Source of the DNA: Octopus bimaculoides
Lineage: Eukaryota
DNA: 40,107 nt
NCBI RefSeq assembly: GCF_001194135.2
Contig: NC_068994.1
Span: forward strand, 41,807,732-41,847,838
Direction of reading: 5' to 3'
Numbering within the stretch: the first letter of the stretch is position 1; every line of letters begins with the position of its first letter. Both the position numbers and the translations under genes were made by a program. The notes under the pieces are model-generated. The model ran no database searches. It saw only the letters and a program-made list of their open reading frames with translations, and had not been told where the DNA came from. Below are positions 24,685 to 36,412 of the stretch, one piece after another.

Positions 24685-24893
24685 AAGTTTTGGTACACGA
24701 CCAGTAATTTCAGGGGAGAAGGTAAGCCAATTATATCGATTCCAGTGCTTAACTGGTACATATTTCTTCAACTCTGAAAGGATGAAAGCCAAAGTCAACC
24801 ACAGCAAAATTTGTACTCAGAATGTAAACACAAACAAAATTTTGCTAAAACTCTTTCCCAGTGTACTAAAGATTCTGCCAGCTTACTGCTTCA
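24685..24893 (-). mobile_element. SINE family B, inverted
   Basis: ccagtgcttaactggtac...aggatgaaagccaaagtcaac...tactcagaatgt...gattctgccagct. Confidence 0.85.
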
Positions 24894-25666
24894 CTCAACT
24901 TAGTATTTTGCTGGTACTTATATCTTATCAATACTGGGAAGCAAATATATCTAATCCAAGTGTATTCTGATATGTGAACAATCAGATACTATATTCTGAC
25001 ATGATTGTGATACAAGCAGTTTCAACAAAGATAGGTTGGATGAGTATATCCATTGTGATTTGTGGTAAGTTAACAAACCACTGCAGCCTTGGAATGACAA
25101 ATGAGAATTTGTTAGAAGCAAACTTTACAAGGCCTATTTCGTGTGTATGTAGACATAAGCACATGCATATATATATATTATGTATTTATATACGTGCACA
25201 CATACACATATATGTATGTGTATATTTCAGTATCTTTATAATCTAAAACTGTTGCACATAATGATAACACATCTCTGATGCTTTGACAATAAGTTGTGAT
25301 TTTGTAATTTCCATTATGCAGCTAATAATCATTCTTTGTTAATGAAATGTCAGTAAGATGATGTAATTAAAAACCTTATAAACAGTCTCCCACATTTTTT
25401 TTTCTGCAAGTAGTCTGTTAAACACCCAGTCTCTGGATTCATAATAAATGATACAAACACAGCAACAAGAATAGAAATACTCATAAATTTGTTGATACTA
25501 GTTATTGAATTGCACTAGAGGTGTGTATGTATGTATGTATGTATGTATGTATGTATGTATGTATGTATGTATNNNNNNNNNNNNNNNNNNNNNNNNNNNN
25601 NNNNNNNNNNNNNNNNNNNNNNNNNNNNNNNNNNNNNNNNNNNNNNNNNNNNNNNNNNNNNNNNNN

Positions 25667-25705
<39 letters not shown>

Positions 25706-26671
25706 CTGTATTTATGTCATGTTGCAAATATAAACAATTTAACCTTAAACTGAAGAGTTACATTGCACATTATTTTTAATCAAGTAGATATATATTAACT
25801 CTTACAAGGAAAATGTTGACAATGACTTCAAAGTTACAGTCAACCTTTCCCGTATAAAATTTATCATGCACACACATATATATATGTAAACATACATACA
25901 GGCACAGATACCGCCGTACACACACACACTTACATACATACATGCATACGTATAGATAGAGAGACAACACACATACATACATTCACAGATACATACATTC
26001 ACACATACATATATAATATATATAAATATATTATGTATATAGGTAAATCAGAAGTTATGGGCATATAACTAATGGGAGATAACTCATGTTGTTTGTTAGA
26101 ATCTTCAATGTCTTTACAAATTTATTTTGTCACTCCAATCGTTTACAAATATCTTCTTCCAGCACACTCATATTTAAGATTTTTTTGTTCTCAGACTCTT
26201 TTCCTGTTATCTACTTTACTCTAGCTTAACAGATAAGCACCTCATCCCTCCACTCACTTTCATTTTATTTCTTCTATTAATATTTGCTCGCTGTTGATCC
26301 TTTGACAATCTTTCACATTATCTCCTTATTTTAACTGCTAATAAATGCACATACATGTCTCATAATTATATGTGGATTTATGTTAATTATTCTCAAACTC
26401 AATACAAAGAATACAAAGAAGTTAAAACACATTATCATTTTGTTAAATATAATACAGTAGTCACTGTCATTATTATTATATTTCTCTTACAAAATTTTGA
26501 TATCAAAATGATTATCAGATAACTGAAATATATTTCTACCCTTTCTGAATTGTAAAATTCTGTTAATAATAAAAAGTCAGAAAATCTTATCGTGGGGAAA
26601 AGATGGGGCTGTAGAAAATATATGATGCACATTTGAGAGGGTTTGAACTATAATTTGGTCTTTACTGACAA

Positions 26672-26892
26672 TTAATACTTGTTTCTAATTTTGACAAAAG
26701 GATAGCAATTTTAATGGGAAGAGGTTAGCCAGTACCACCAGTCACAGTACTTGACTGGTACTTTGTTTTATCAGCCCATAAGAATGGGAGGCAGTGAATT
26801 TGACCTTTGCAGGATTTGAACTCAGAATGTGTGGAGTTGAAACAAGCACTGTAAGGTATTTTCTCCTACACTTTAATGATTCTGCTAATCTA
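26672..26892 (-). mobile_element. SINE family B, inverted
   Basis: cagtacttgactggtac...ggatttgaactcagaatgt...aatgattctgcta. Confidence 0.8.
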
Positions 26893-27597
26893 ATACACTG
26901 ATATTACCAGCAAATTGATAATGTTATGTGTATGTGTGTGTATGTGTGTGTGTGTGTGTGTGTGACTTAGATCTCATAATTAAAAAGAATAATTAATTAT
27001 AATTTCTGGAATCAAAATTACCTTTTGTTTTGAGCAATTTTATGAAATAACATTAAATACATATCAGCAAGCTGCTTCTTCGTTATCCTGGTTTCTTAAT
27101 GAGCTTAGATAACATTATAGCTACAGGAAGCATGTTTCTAAAGAGATATTTCACGCATAGCATGATACCATGTTTTGTTCTCTGCCATATTTATTTCTGA
27201 TAAGTACGGTTTACCAAAAGTGCCACAGCAGCTGGCCACATTGATAGGCGCCCCTGTGAAACATTCATGTTGTTATTGGAAGAGATGGAAGCTTAACAAT
27301 CATCTGCTTATTGAATCAGAAACTAAAGAGAAACTCCCTGCTTACATAGTCAATGAAGAAATTTTATTTTTATTTCAAATTCAAGCTAGATGTCTAATTT
27401 GAAAACACCTGAAACCATGTGTAAAACAGTTCAACTTGATATTGATTACAGTTCTAATTAGTCTAATTAGTGATAAATAAATACAATAATAATAATAATT
27501 AGTTACATTGATAACGTTTCACTTGGTATGATTTTTAATATTTCCTCTATCTCCTTACCTAATCACAATAAGGATGGTGAGTATAATAATAATAATG

Positions 27598-27641
<44 letters not shown>

Positions 27642-27642
<1 letters not shown>

Positions 27643-27757
27643 TTGACCCAGAAGGGATGAAAAGCAAAGTTAACCTCGGTGAAATTTGAACTCAGAATAT
27701 AAAGACAGATTAAATGCCACAAGGCATCCTACAATTCTCCCAGCTCACCACCTTAAT
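27642..27757 (-). mobile_element. SINE family B, inverted, shortened, with long (ATT)n at 27580-27642
   Basis: ggatgaaaagcaaagttaacctcggtgaaatttgaactcagaat...ccagctcaccacctta. Confidence 0.8.
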
Positions 27758-27801
27758 CCTGAAAAATACCAAAACTCGTTTCTAACAAGTACTATTAATA
27801 A

Positions 27802-28011
27802 TTAAAGCCAATGCATGAGCTGCTATGTGATCATTTGACATGTTAGAAATAACAGCGAAATCTCCCTCAAAATACTTCCCACCATATTAGTAAAGGATAA
27901 TTAGGTATTGGGTTTTAGGTTTCCTGCACAGGTGTAAAAAAAGAGGATAGTCATAAGCGGAACATCTTGATCAACAGCACTGACTTGGGGCTAAACAACA
28001 ACAAAAACAAC
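27802..28011 (+). repeat. Probable interspersed repeat ending in ggggctaaa(CAA)n
   Basis: Retroposon-like simple-repeat tail, with a similar tail remnant near 20976-21005. Otherwise single-copy in the window. Confidence 0.45.
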
Positions 28012-28296
28012 CAGTAATAGCAAGGAGTCGTATGGCAAGTATTGAAAATATAATTCAGGAAAGAAGACAGTTATAATTAGCAGTTAGATGTATCATTGTA
28101 TTTGGCTAGAAGTTTTTCGGGTGTTTTTTTTTTTTACCCCAGGAGGATGAAACCATGTGAGGATGAACTTGAAACATTAAAAAGATGTATCTAAATATCC
28201 TCAAAATATTTTGTCTGATAATACACTGAATCAACCAATCAATCATGAATAATACAGTAGTATGAAATATATATATGCGTGTGTATACACATATGC

Positions 28297-28341
<45 letters not shown>

Positions 28342-29099
28342 TGTGTGTATACATAGTTTTTGTTATGGGAAAATGTTTGGTTTGATAAGTTGTAAGGTGG
28401 GTTACACCAAATTACCTTCTTTTACTGTTTTCAGTTTTAAAGTTTTTCAATGTATTTGATCTGGTCTTTTTTGGAGATGGTAGGGTATGAAGTAATTTAA
28501 GGGCATTATGGCATATCTGTATATTTCTATTGAAGAAAGCTTTGTTGCACGTAAGGAATGATTTCAGAAAAGATTTTGATTATGTTGGATATGATTACTG
28601 CAGGATGTATTCATGAATTGGGTATTTTTTTGCTTTTCATTTAATTTAAAATTTTACTTCCTCTGCAAGACAGAAAAATTAGCAATTTTCTTCAACACAC
28701 AAAACACTCTTATCTTCACAGTGTTTTTGTTTCCATGCAGACACAAAGCTACTTTTAACTGATACATACACTCAGTCTTCCACACAACATCCTATAACAA
28801 CCGTACTACCCCTATTATTCACTTCTTGACCCATCAAAATATCAATAAATATAAGCACCAAAATGTGTATGTGTGATATGCATGTGTGTGTCTGTAAGGA
28901 CTTCTTGTCTGCATTTAAGTATAAATATATATATATATATTTGTTTTGCAAGATTTTTGATGTGAAATCGTGTGTTGAAACAGATGTTGTTGTACTTGGG
29001 GATGGTCATATTGCCAGTTTAGCCAATAAAAACACACGCACTGTATATTTGGTGTTAATTTGCTTCAGCTTTATATTACATTAATCTTAATCTTATTTC

Positions 29100-29144
29100 G
29101 GCCAGAGTTCTTTCGTCACACTTCTGTGACCTCATCAGTGGTCC
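29100..29144 (-). ncRNA. Minimal type I hammerhead ribozyme motif (Penelope-like-element type)
   Basis: Minus strand reads GGACCA-CUGAUGA-G-GUCACA(GAAG)UGUGAC-GAAA-GAAC-UC-UGGCC. Catalytic core intact, 6-bp stem II, 5-bp stem I with one bulge, vestigial stem III. Confidence 0.65.
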
Positions 29145-29181
29145 TTTGTTTCCTTCCTTCTTATGTGTGTCTCACCTTGCT

Positions 29182-29221
29182 AAATATCAGCCATTTTGTA
29201 TTTACAAAATGGCTGATATTT
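29182..29221. repeat. Perfect 19-bp inverted repeat with 2-nt spacer, ending at a gap edge
   Basis: aaatatcagccattttgta-tt-tacaaaatggctgatattt, then N. Confidence 0.95.
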
Positions 29222-29729
29222 NNNNNNNNNNNNNNNNNNNNNNNNNNNNNNNNNNNNNNNNNNNNNNNNNNNNNNNNNNNNNNNNNNNNNNNNNNNNNNN
29301 NNNNNNNNNNNNNNNNNNNNNNNNNNNNNNNNNNNNNNNNNNNNNNNNNNNNNNNNNNNNNNNNNNNNNNNNNNNNNNNNNNNNNNNNNNNNNNNNNNNN
29401 NNNNNNNNNNNNNNNNNNNNNNNNNNNNNNNNNNNNNNNNNNNNNNNNNNNNNNNNNNNNNNNNNNNNNNNNNNNNNNNNNNNNNNNNNNNNNNNNNNNN
29501 NNNNNNNNNNNNNNNNNNNNNNNNNNNNNNNNNNNNNNNNNNNNNNNNNNNNNNNNNNNNNNNNNNNNNNNNNNNNNNNNNNNNNNNNNNNNNNNNNNNN
29601 NNNNNNNNNNNNNNNNNNNNNNNNNNNNNNNNNNNNNNNNNNNNNNNNNNNNNNNNNNNNNNNNNNNNNNNNNNNNNNNNNNNNNNNNNNNNNNNNNNNN
29701 NNNNNNNNNNNNNNNNNNNNNNNNNNNNN

Positions 29730-29772
<43 letters not shown>

Positions 29773-30943
29773 TATGGATGCTTATGCACTCTTATCTACC
29801 TGTGTACCTGCATTTAGAAATAATTATGCTAACACATTCCTGCATAAGAAGAGAGTGTCTGCAGAAATTGTGAAGAATAATTACTCCAAGTTATTTTTGT
29901 GCACCTGCACCAAATTATTGGGTTTGTTATCAATATACATCAACAACTTAATATACATACATACATACATACGCACTCACATATATACATACATACATGT
30001 ATATATGTATGCATATATGTATATATATATGTAGACATGCATACAAATATATTCATATATATATATTTGTATGTATGCACACATCAATATATTTCTTTGC
30101 CTATTAGTTGTAAAAAAGAAATGTGTGTAAGGTCTATTTTCAAATTGAGTTCTATTTCTCCTCTTTCTAACACTGTGTTTGGACATGCAAGTGTGTGTAC
30201 ATACACATGTGTGCATGCATGAGTGCATACATGTGTATTGGTGAGTATGTGAGTATTTGTAACATCTACTTGCAATGTGCATCCACACGGTTTCTGTCTA
30301 GCAAATACCACTTACACAGCATTAATCAACTCATAGCTATTGTAGAGAACTCTTGTTCCAAGGAACCAAGCAGTGGGATTGACCACGTGGTTGAATATGA
30401 ATATCTTAACTACACAGATAGCCATGTTTTAAAGTTTTAAAGAAGTAAAATAGTACAATTAGTCATTCAAAGAAATGTTTGATAAATGGCAGCATGTAAA
30501 TATCAATACAAATTCTTGCCTAAATGAGCTTTAAACACAATTTAAATTCCAGCAATATTTATTTTCCTTACACTTTGAAATTTTACTGATTCAATGATGT
30601 TTATTCCGGCAGAATAAAAGAACTAACGATTCATTTATAAATGTAATTATATTTCATTTTCCATTTGTTTTAAAAATTGGACTGTGGCTATGTAGGAACA
30701 ATGCCTTTAAGACTTTTAGTTGACCGAAATGACCCATGTGCCTATTTTAAAGTTTAGTGCTCATGCTATTGATGCCTTTTGTTAAGTTACAGGAACATAG
30801 ACAAAACGTTTGAGATTCTCAAAAGATGGGTGACGCAACCACAAACACACACACTCACACTTATATATATATATATATATATTTACGTATGTAAGTATCT
30901 ATCTATCTATATATATACACACATTTATATATATATATATATG

Positions 30944-30982
<39 letters not shown>

Positions 30983-30984
30983 GA

Positions 30985-31148
30985 TGGGCTTTATGGGCTT
31001 CCACGCAGTTTCTGTCTATTAAATACATACACAAGGCATTAATAGGCCTGGGGCTAGAATAGAAGGTATTTTCTCAAACAACTGCCTTGCAGTGGGACTG
31101 AACCTGAAAACATATGTTTGTAAAGCAAGCTACTTTACCACACAACCA
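30985..31148 (-). mobile_element. SINE family A, 5' half, inverted
   Basis: Reverse complement reads gacatggttgtgtggtaaagtagcttgc...ggttcagtcccactgc...gacagaaactgcgtggaagccc. Confidence 0.8.
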
Positions 31149-31324
31149 TGTCTGAAAAAAAGTCATGAATAGCTGATTAACTAATACTAAACATAAAGGA
31201 AAGTATTTTGATTAACAAAGTAAGTTTAAATAACTGAATCATAATTTGTCATTCAATTTAATTAAAAATTAGAAATTAGAAAATTAAGCACTTAATTATT
31301 TTGTTGATTACTTTAATAATTACT

Positions 31325-31545
31325 TTCTTCTTTTTACTTGTCTTAGTCATTGGACTGCAGGCATGCTGGAGCATCATCTTGAAGGGTTTTAGTCAATCAG
31401 ATTAACTTTGGTACTTTTTTTTTTTGTTTTTTGCCTGGTACATATCTTAACAATTTCACCTGCCAAATAACTATGTTGTGTGGATATAAACAAACCAACA
31501 CCTGTTGTCAAGTGCTGGTGGAGGACAAACACAAAGACACACATA
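31325..31545 (-). mobile_element. SINE family A, 3' half, inverted; continues into microsatellite and gap
   Basis: Reverse complement reads gtgtctttgtgtttgtcc...cttgacaac..gtgttggtttgttta...gactaaaacccttcaag...ccagcatg..tgcagt..aatgact. Confidence 0.8.
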
Positions 31546-32372
31546 TATATATATATATAAATATATATATATATATGTATATATATGTATATTGCATATA
31601 TGTATATGTATATATATACATACATACATATATATATATATATAAATATACATACATACANNNNNNNNNNNNNNNNNNNNNNNNNNNNNNNNNNNNNNNN
31701 NNNNNNNNNNNNNNNNNNNNNNNNNNNNNNNNNNNNNNNNNNNNNNNNNNNNNNNNNNNNNNNNNNNNNNNNNNNNNNNNNNNNNNNNNNNNNNNNNNNN
31801 NNNNNNNNNNNNNNNNNNNNNNNNNNNNNNNNNNNNNNNNNNNNNNNNNNNNNNNNNNNNNNNNNNNNNNNNNNNNNNNNNNNNNNNNNNNNNNNNNNNN
31901 NNNNNNNNNNNNNNNNNNNNNNNNNNNNNNNNNNNNNNNNNNNNNNNNNNNNNNNNNNNNNNNNNNNNNNNNNNNNNNNNNNNNNNNNNNNNNNNNNNNN
32001 NNNNNNNNNNNNNNNNNNNNNNNNNNNNNNNNNNNNNNNNNNNNNNNNNNNNNNNNNNNNNNNNNNNNNNNNNNNNNNNNNNNNNNNNNNNNNNNNNNNN
32101 NNNNNNNNNNNNNNNNNNNNNNNNNNNNNNNNNNNNNNNNNNNNNNNNNNNNNNNNNNNNNNNNNNNNNNNNNNNNNNNNNNNNNNNNNNNNNNNNNNNN
32201 NNNNNNNNNNNNNNNNNNNNNNNNNNNNNNNNNNNNNNNNNNNNNNNNNNNNNNNNNNNNNNNNNNNNNNNNNNNNNNNNNNNNNNNNNNNNNNNNNNNN
32301 NNNNATACATACACACACAGAGATATATACATACATTAAAAACATAGTTTCAATGTTATGTATGTGTATGTG

Positions 32373-32412
<40 letters not shown>

Positions 32413-33962
32413 TATATATTTCTATATATGTATATATGTATGTATGAGATCATATGTATATGTTTTTTACTTCATCAGTATACAGTAACTAATTCTTATC
32501 TTCATATACCCCAAAATGTGTGTGCAAATGTGTGTATCTGTATGTGTGTATTTTAGCGGTGTTTGTGACTAAATCTTGTTTGTGTGTTTTTGCAAGAAGG
32601 TTTGTTCAATAATTTAGTATTTATTAGAGTAATTTCAGTTTTCGATTATGCATGTACTAGCTATATATGTATCATGCAAAATACATGCCATGCTAACCAA
32701 TGAATGATATAATATCTTGAATAACTAATACATATATTCAACTATAAGTATTTTAAACTTTAAATCTTGTCACAATGTATTAGTTAATAAAGAGAGATAC
32801 CACACTTCCATTTGAATGCTACTGCAGTACACATTTTTAAACAATTCTAATTGATTAAAAAGTACTTAACCAATTATATCATTTCCTTAATCCTTAATTC
32901 AAATAATAATATTTCCATAAATCATATTTTAAAATTTTTTAATGATTTTATTGATAAAAATATTAGAAATGGGGTGAAAAATGGGGTTGGTCGTTATGCA
33001 TTTTCTAAAAATGGCAGACCGTTGTAGACAATAATGTTTTTAGGTAGTGATTGATGGTTTTACTAAGTCGCTCTTTCATCTTTCAAAAGCTGAGATCAAT
33101 GACTTATGTTTCATGGTATGTGTTTGGTTGATGAATAATATTGAAATAAATTAGTTTTTTGCAGGAGACATTGTGTCTTAATCCCATCTTCTCTGCATTA
33201 TTAGATGATTCACACTTATATTTTTAACTTTCTTTCATTCACACACACACACACACACACACATACATATATACATATATATGTGTATGTGTGTGTGTGT
33301 GCATGTGTGTATGTATATATATNNNNNNNNNNNNNNNNNNNNNNNNNNNNNNNNNNNNNNNNNNNNNNNNNNNNNNNNNNNNNNNNNNNNNNNNNNNNNN
33401 NNNNNNNNNNNNNNNNNNNNNNNNNNNNNNNNNNNNNNNNNNNNNNNNNNNNNNNNNNNNNNNNNNNNNNNNNNNNNNNNNNNNNNNNNNNNNNNNNNNN
33501 NNNNNNNNNNNNNNNNNNNNNNNNNNNNNNNNNNNNNNNNNNNNNNNNNNNNNNNNNNNNNNNNNNNNNNNNNNNNNNNNNNNNNNNNNNNNNNNNNNNN
33601 NNNNNNNNNNNNNNNNNNNNNNNNNNNNNNNNNNNNNNNNNNNNNNNNNNNNNNNNNNNNNNNNNNNNNNNNNNNNNNNNNNNNNNNNNNNNNNNNNNNN
33701 NNNNNNNNNNNNNNNNNNNNNNNNNNNNNNNNNNNNNNNNNNNNNNNNNNNNNNNNNNNNNNNNNNNNNNNATATATATATATATATACATACATATATA
33801 TATATTATGTTTTTTTAAATTTTTACCCATAATATTGTTTGTTCTAGTGTTTTGTTAAAAAGAAAAGTACCAGCCAGATACTGAGTTTTGTCACCACCAT
33901 CCCCCACACCAAAATAGTTATTCAAGATCATAAGGATATAAGTGTGCATTATTTGTTGTTAC

Positions 33963-36356
33963 CTGCTTGGTACTTGGTAGCTTTGTGGCTAAGGTCGAAG
34001 TTTTCCAGTCATTCTGAGAGACATCATCAGAATAGAGTTGACTCCTTAATCCTACCAACTGAATATTCCTGTTTCTCATTTCACTGGGACTTTTGGGAAT
34101 GACAACAGAACTATCCGTTTGGTTGATCAATTGTCTTCTTTCACTGCGAGAGTTCAATGAGGGATTCATTACTTCAACTCCTCCTCCTTGTGCTGCATTT
34201 CTCGCTCTATTACATCGTATTATGCATGTTGCTATAGACACCACTACAGCTATAGATACAATCATGGCCACTAACACTATTACTATTGCAAAATCTACTT
34301 CAACCATTTCATTCAAATTTTTGTTTATGGCAGGCATAATCCTAGAAGTCTTATTGCTGACAGTCAGCGTCAAAGTCACTGTTGTCATTGCAGATAAGAC
34401 TGGTGTTCCACTATCTTTGACAATAAATTCTAAATTATAAGATCCAACATCATCTTGGTAAACTGGACGAGAAAAAGATAAAACTCCAGTGTAAGGATTC
34501 ACACTAAACAAATGTTTGTCATTGCCTCTGAGTATTTCATATTTGAGAAAAGCATTTGTCCGGCTGTCTCTGTCAAAGGCTTTCAGAACTGTGATATTAG
34601 TTTTTTTGTTGGGATAATAATGGACATCAAGACTAAAAGGGTTAACACTGGGAAAAGAAAAGTACGGGGCATTGTCATTCTCGTCCATTACTTCGATGAA
34701 AACATTTGCTGTGTTATTAAAAGAAGGTTTACCATTGTCTTTGACAAAAACTTGGAATTTGTAAATGTTTTTAATTTCATGATCCAATGGTTTTCTTGTA
34801 GAAATAAATCCATAATTTGTGATCTGGAAAGGAAAATTATATTTATTATTGGTCAAAAGGGAATAGGTCAGTTGACCTCCTTGTCCTAAATCGGGATCAG
34901 TAGCATTGATAAAACCAATGGGAAAATTAGCTTTTTTATTTTCATAAGTCAAAAACTTGAATGTTGATTTCGTGAATTTTGGTTGTACATCATTGACATC
35001 CATGACTTGGATAGAGAATTTTCTTTTAGTTTGTAATGAAGGAGAACCTTGATCCTCACAGGAAATAGTTATATCGTAGTGGTCCTGAACTTCCCTATCA
35101 ACTGGATCCTTTAAATTTACTTTGTATTCTTTTGATTCCAACATTAAAAGCTGAAATTTATCATGGTGAAGTTCACAGGTTACCTCACCATTAAGTCCAA
35201 TGTCATTATCAGTGACCATGACATATGCAATGAAGCTACCAACATCAGTATCTTCTGAGATAGTTGCTGAGCTCTCACTAACGGGAGACACAAAATTGAC
35301 ATCAATACTTGGATAATTGTTTTGTTGGTTGATAATATTTACAAGAACCAGAGCAGCTGAGCTCAATGGTGGTTTTCCTTTGTCAGTTGCTCGCACATAT
35401 AATTCATTGAGGAGTTTATTTCTTAGTGGGAAAATTTGCTGCAAGTAGATCTCACCAGTTCTTTCATTTAGCATGAAATGACTTTTAGTTGATGCAGCAG
35501 TCTTTGAACTGAAATGATAAGAAACCTTACCATTATCACCTGAGTCTAAATCAGTTGCTGTTAATGTAATAATTGGCATCATTCTGCTTGCTTTGTTCTT
35601 GGTGGTAATGTTATAAACCTTTCGTAAAAAAACTGGAGTATTGTCATTAACATCAGTAACTGTTACTTTGACAATTAAAACACTTTCTTTGGGTGGTAAA
35701 CCACCATCTTTAGCTACAATCTCAAGAACATATTTATCTTGCTTTTCTCTGTCTAATTTTTCTTTTAAGAAAATTGAAAGTTCTGATATTCCATCGACAC
35801 TTTTGGAAGTCGATAATGCAAATGGATTATCTATATTATTTCCAAGGTGGTAGCTTATTTGAGAATTCTGGAGCCCAACATCTCTGTCAATTGCATTTGG
35901 GATTGATCGTCGCACTCCAATGCTAGCATCTTCTGAAAACTGAATGTTAATCTCTTCATCTTTAAATTTTGGTTGGTGATCATTGATGTCTTGAATAACA
36001 ACACGCACTTTTAAAATCTTTATAAATGCTTTTGCTTGTTGAATGGCAATTTTTATGGTTTTGAAACATTCTTGATTATATGAACAAAGTGTATCACTAT
36101 CAAGTGTCTGAGCAGTATATATTTTTCCTGATTTTGTGACATTGAATAATTGAGAATTTTGAGTGACACTGCGTTGAAATTGACTGAAAGTTACCTTACT
36201 TCGGTCAGTCAGTAAATTGCTATCATATAAATGCATATCTACAGCAATATCCCCAAGGTAAGTCCCTTCTTCTTCTCCTTCTTTCACATAATATGTAAAG
36301 TCTATACACAGGCAGTAGTGTAAGTATAACAAGCAAATGCCAAAATTTAGCTGCAT
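33963..36356 (-). CDS. PCDH: Protocadherin, large ectodomain exon (signal peptide, EC1-EC6, TM, proximal cytoplasmic tail; aa 1-798)
   Basis: 812-codon ORF. Signal peptide MQLNFGICLLYLHYCLC. EC1 has the protocadherin Cys-X5-Cys (CSYNQEC). Cadherin motifs include DINDHQP, LDRE, DVNDNTP, DVNDVQP, LDHE, DENDNAP and repeated DxD/KDxG. TM at about aa 689-713. An in-frame stop lies 15 nt before the ATG. A phase-0 donor CAG|GTAACA follows Q798; unspliced, the ORF runs to a stop at 33918. The symbol is family-level only, no orthologue assigned. Confidence 0.96.
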
Positions 36357-36412
36357 ATTTCCTCTGTGTTATAAAGGAATATCCTGAAAATGGAAAACAA
36401 AGAAAAGATTTT
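36357..36412 (-). promoter_or_regulatory. Splice acceptor and 27-nt 5'UTR segment before the protocadherin ATG
   Basis: Minus strand reads tcttttctttgttttccattttcAG|gatattcc..., a long polypyrimidine tract. The exon starts at 36383, implying at least one upstream non-coding exon. Confidence 0.75.

Noticed and set aside
27175-27402. 75-aa plus-strand ORF in a slightly GC-richer intronic island
   Set aside because: No recognisable motif, weak start and no flanking splice pattern.
34093-35853. Plus-strand ORFs 34093-34440, 34512-34889 and 35641-35853
   Set aside because: Antisense shadows of the protocadherin coding sequence.
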